A DNA stretch of 64,000 nt from Nannocystis bainbridge (GTDB taxonomy: Bacteria; Myxococcota_A; Polyangia; Nannocystales; Nannocystaceae), in assembly GCF_028368995.1 (NCBI RefSeq), contig NZ_JAQNDL010000003.1, positions 2,720,001 through 2,784,000 on the forward strand, given 5' to 3'. How positions within the stretch are numbered: the first letter of the stretch is position 1; each line of letters starts with the position of its first letter. The position numbers and the translations under genes were made by a program. Below, in pieces: positions 62,260-64,000 of this stretch. Under the pieces are notes generated by a model. That model ran no database searches and had not been told where the DNA came from. It saw nothing but the letters and a program-made list of their open reading frames with translations.

Positions 62260-62520
62260 TCGCCCGCGCCGGTCATGCCGGCCCGGCGATCTCCCGCGAG
62301 CGCCCGCGACTCGTATCGCTGTCATCCTCCGGCTCCGCCCAAAGCCCCGAACTCGCGCGGGCCGGACCTGCCGCAGCGACAGCATTTTCGCGCCGGCGAG
62401 CCTGCGCCCGTGGCCGCCGCGGGCTCGCCCGTCGCACCCGCGCGAAACCGCACAGGCCATCGCACCTTCGATCGACGGCACCTCCGTCGGCGCCGGCAAA
62501 CTGGCCTAGACTCGTATCCA

Positions 62521-64000
62521 GTGACCGAGCACGGCCGTCGCAGCGAGTCCGACGGGGTCGACGAACCCCCGGCCGGCGCGCGTCCGGGCGCAGCGGGCTC
62601 GGCCGCCACCGCACCTGTCTCTTCGGCCAGCCCCGTCCACGCCGGCACCGATCCTGTCCTTTCGGCCAGCTCCTCCGACATCACCGAACCTGTCCCGGCG
62701 GCCAGCTCGATCGACGCCACCGTCGGCACCATGCTCGAGCCGGAGCAGGACCCTGGCGGCGGCGAGCGCACGCGCGTGCGCCTCGTCAGCGGCCGCGTCG
62801 TGCCCGGCACTCGCTATCGCCTGGTCCGCTGGCTCGGCGAGGGCGGCATGGGCGTCGTCTACGAGGCCGAGCACGTCGACATCGAGCGCAAGGTGGCGCT
62901 CAAGGTCCTGCGCTACGACCTCAGCCGGCGCGCCGAGATGGCCGCCGTGTTCCGCGCCGAGGCCCGCGCCGCCAGCCGCACCGGCCACCCCAACATCGTC
63001 GAGATCTACGACTTCGGCGAGCTCCCCGACGGGCGGCTCTTCATCTGCATGGAGCTGCTCGACGGCAAGGACCTCGTGCCCGCCACCGAGTCCGAGGTGC
63101 GCCCGCCGGCCGAGGTCCTCGCCATCTTCCGTCAGCTCTGCAAGGCCCTGGGCGCCGCCCACAAGGCCGGCATCGTCCACCGCGACATCAAGCCCGAGAA
63201 CATCATCCTCGTGCGCAAGGCCGGGCGCGACGGCGTCGTCAAGGTCGTCGACTTCGGCATCAGCGCCGTGCTCGGTCAGGAGCGGCGCGGCAAGATCGCC
63301 GGCACCCCGCACTACATGGCACCCGAGCAGATCCGCGGCCTCGCGTTCGACGGTCGCCTCGACATGTACGCGGCCGGCTGCGTCGCCTTCGAGCTGCTCA
63401 CCGGCAGCCCGCCGTTCCCCAACGAGGCGCTCGAGGAGGTCCTGAACGCCCACGTGCACCAGCCGCCGCCCTCCTTCCGCCAGGCCCGGCCCGACCTCCA
63501 GCTGCCCGCCGCGCTCGAGCAGGTCGTCCTGCGCTGCCTGTCCAAACAGCCAGACGAGCGCTACGCCGACATGCACGAGCTCGAGGCCGCCCTGTGCGAG
63601 GCGCAGATCGCCTGCGGCATGCGGACCGCCTGGGACGACCTGCCGCTGCCCGAGTGCGCCCCCGAAAGGCTCGAGCGCCTGCGCGCCCGCATGCCGAGCC
63701 CGCAGGCCGTCCCGCGCCGGTGGCTGTGGCCCATCGTCGCGGGCGCCTCGCTCGTCGCCGCCGGCGTCGCCATCGCCGTCGCCCTGCGCACCCCCGACCC
63801 GCCCGCGGCCGAGCGCTCGCGCATCGACGCCCTCGCCGAGGAGGCCCTCGTCGCCGCCAGCCAGACCCTCTACGTCGCCCCGCCGCCGGACCAGCCCGAC
63901 GTCCCGACCGCCTACACCAAGGTCCTCGAGCTCGAGGCCATCGGCGGCCCCGCTGCCGGCCTCGCCGACGCTCGCGCCGGCGAGCTGCGCGGCCAGTTCG
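62521..64000 (+). CDS. Hanks-type Ser/Thr protein kinase with a TM segment; runs off the right edge
   Basis: Own translation: LGEGGMGVVY, VALK, HRDIKPEN, DFG, GTPHYMAPEQ, then hydrophobic WLWPIVAGASLVAAGVAIAVAL; GTG start inferred. Confidence 0.94.
   Translation, partial: MTEHGRRSESDGVDEPPAGARPGAAGSAATAPVSSASPVHAGTDPVLSASSSDITEPVPAASSIDATVGTMLEPEQDPGGGERTRVRLVSGRVVPGTRYRLVRWLGEGGMGVVYEAEHVDIERKVALKVLRYDLSRRAEMAAVFRAEARAASRTGHPNIVEIYDFGELPDGRLFICMELLDGKDLVPATESEVRPPAEVLAIFRQLCKALGAAHKAGIVHRDIKPENIILVRKAGRDGVVKVVDFGISAVLGQERRGKIAGTPHYMAPEQIRGLAFDGRLDMYAAGCVAFELLTGSPPFPNEALEEVLNAHVHQPPPSFRQARPDLQLPAALEQVVLRCLSKQPDERYADMHELEAALCEAQIACGMRTAWDDLPLPECAPERLERLRARMPSPQAVPRRWLWPIVAGASLVAAGVAIAVALRTPDPPAAERSRIDALAEEALVAASQTLYVAPPPDQPDVPTAYTKVLELEAIGGPAAGLADARAGELRGQF

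Overview
Very GC-rich (~70%+ by eye) bacterial chromosome segment. Gene content points to a myxobacterium, most likely Nannocystis-like (inference): three Hanks-type Ser/Thr kinases, a MrtC-like myxosortase, an AgmX/PglI-type protein and many lipoproteins with Thr/Ser/Gly-rich linkers. About 50 CDS are supportable. Housekeeping genes: hom, birA, nadC, dnaG-rpoD, ogt, hemE, hpt-add, fbaA, pepP, apbE. Others include two intact sensor kinases plus one kinase remnant, a P450, a macrodomain/ADP-ribosylglycohydrolase fusion, an orphan DNA methyltransferase and a tandemly duplicated L-domain lipoprotein. I saw no rRNA, tRNA, CRISPR array or transposase. The standout signal is not a gene. A 14-bp palindrome, TGTCC-N4-GGACA, occurs at roughly 30 loci across the window (7 perfect copies found by eye). 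It often forms head-to-tail arrays with an exact 14-bp phase, both between genes and inside genes, where it forces rare A/T-ending codons. It is a candidate chromosome-wide protein-binding or architectural code. Start codons were chosen by eye and products assigned from recognised motifs; no database search was run.
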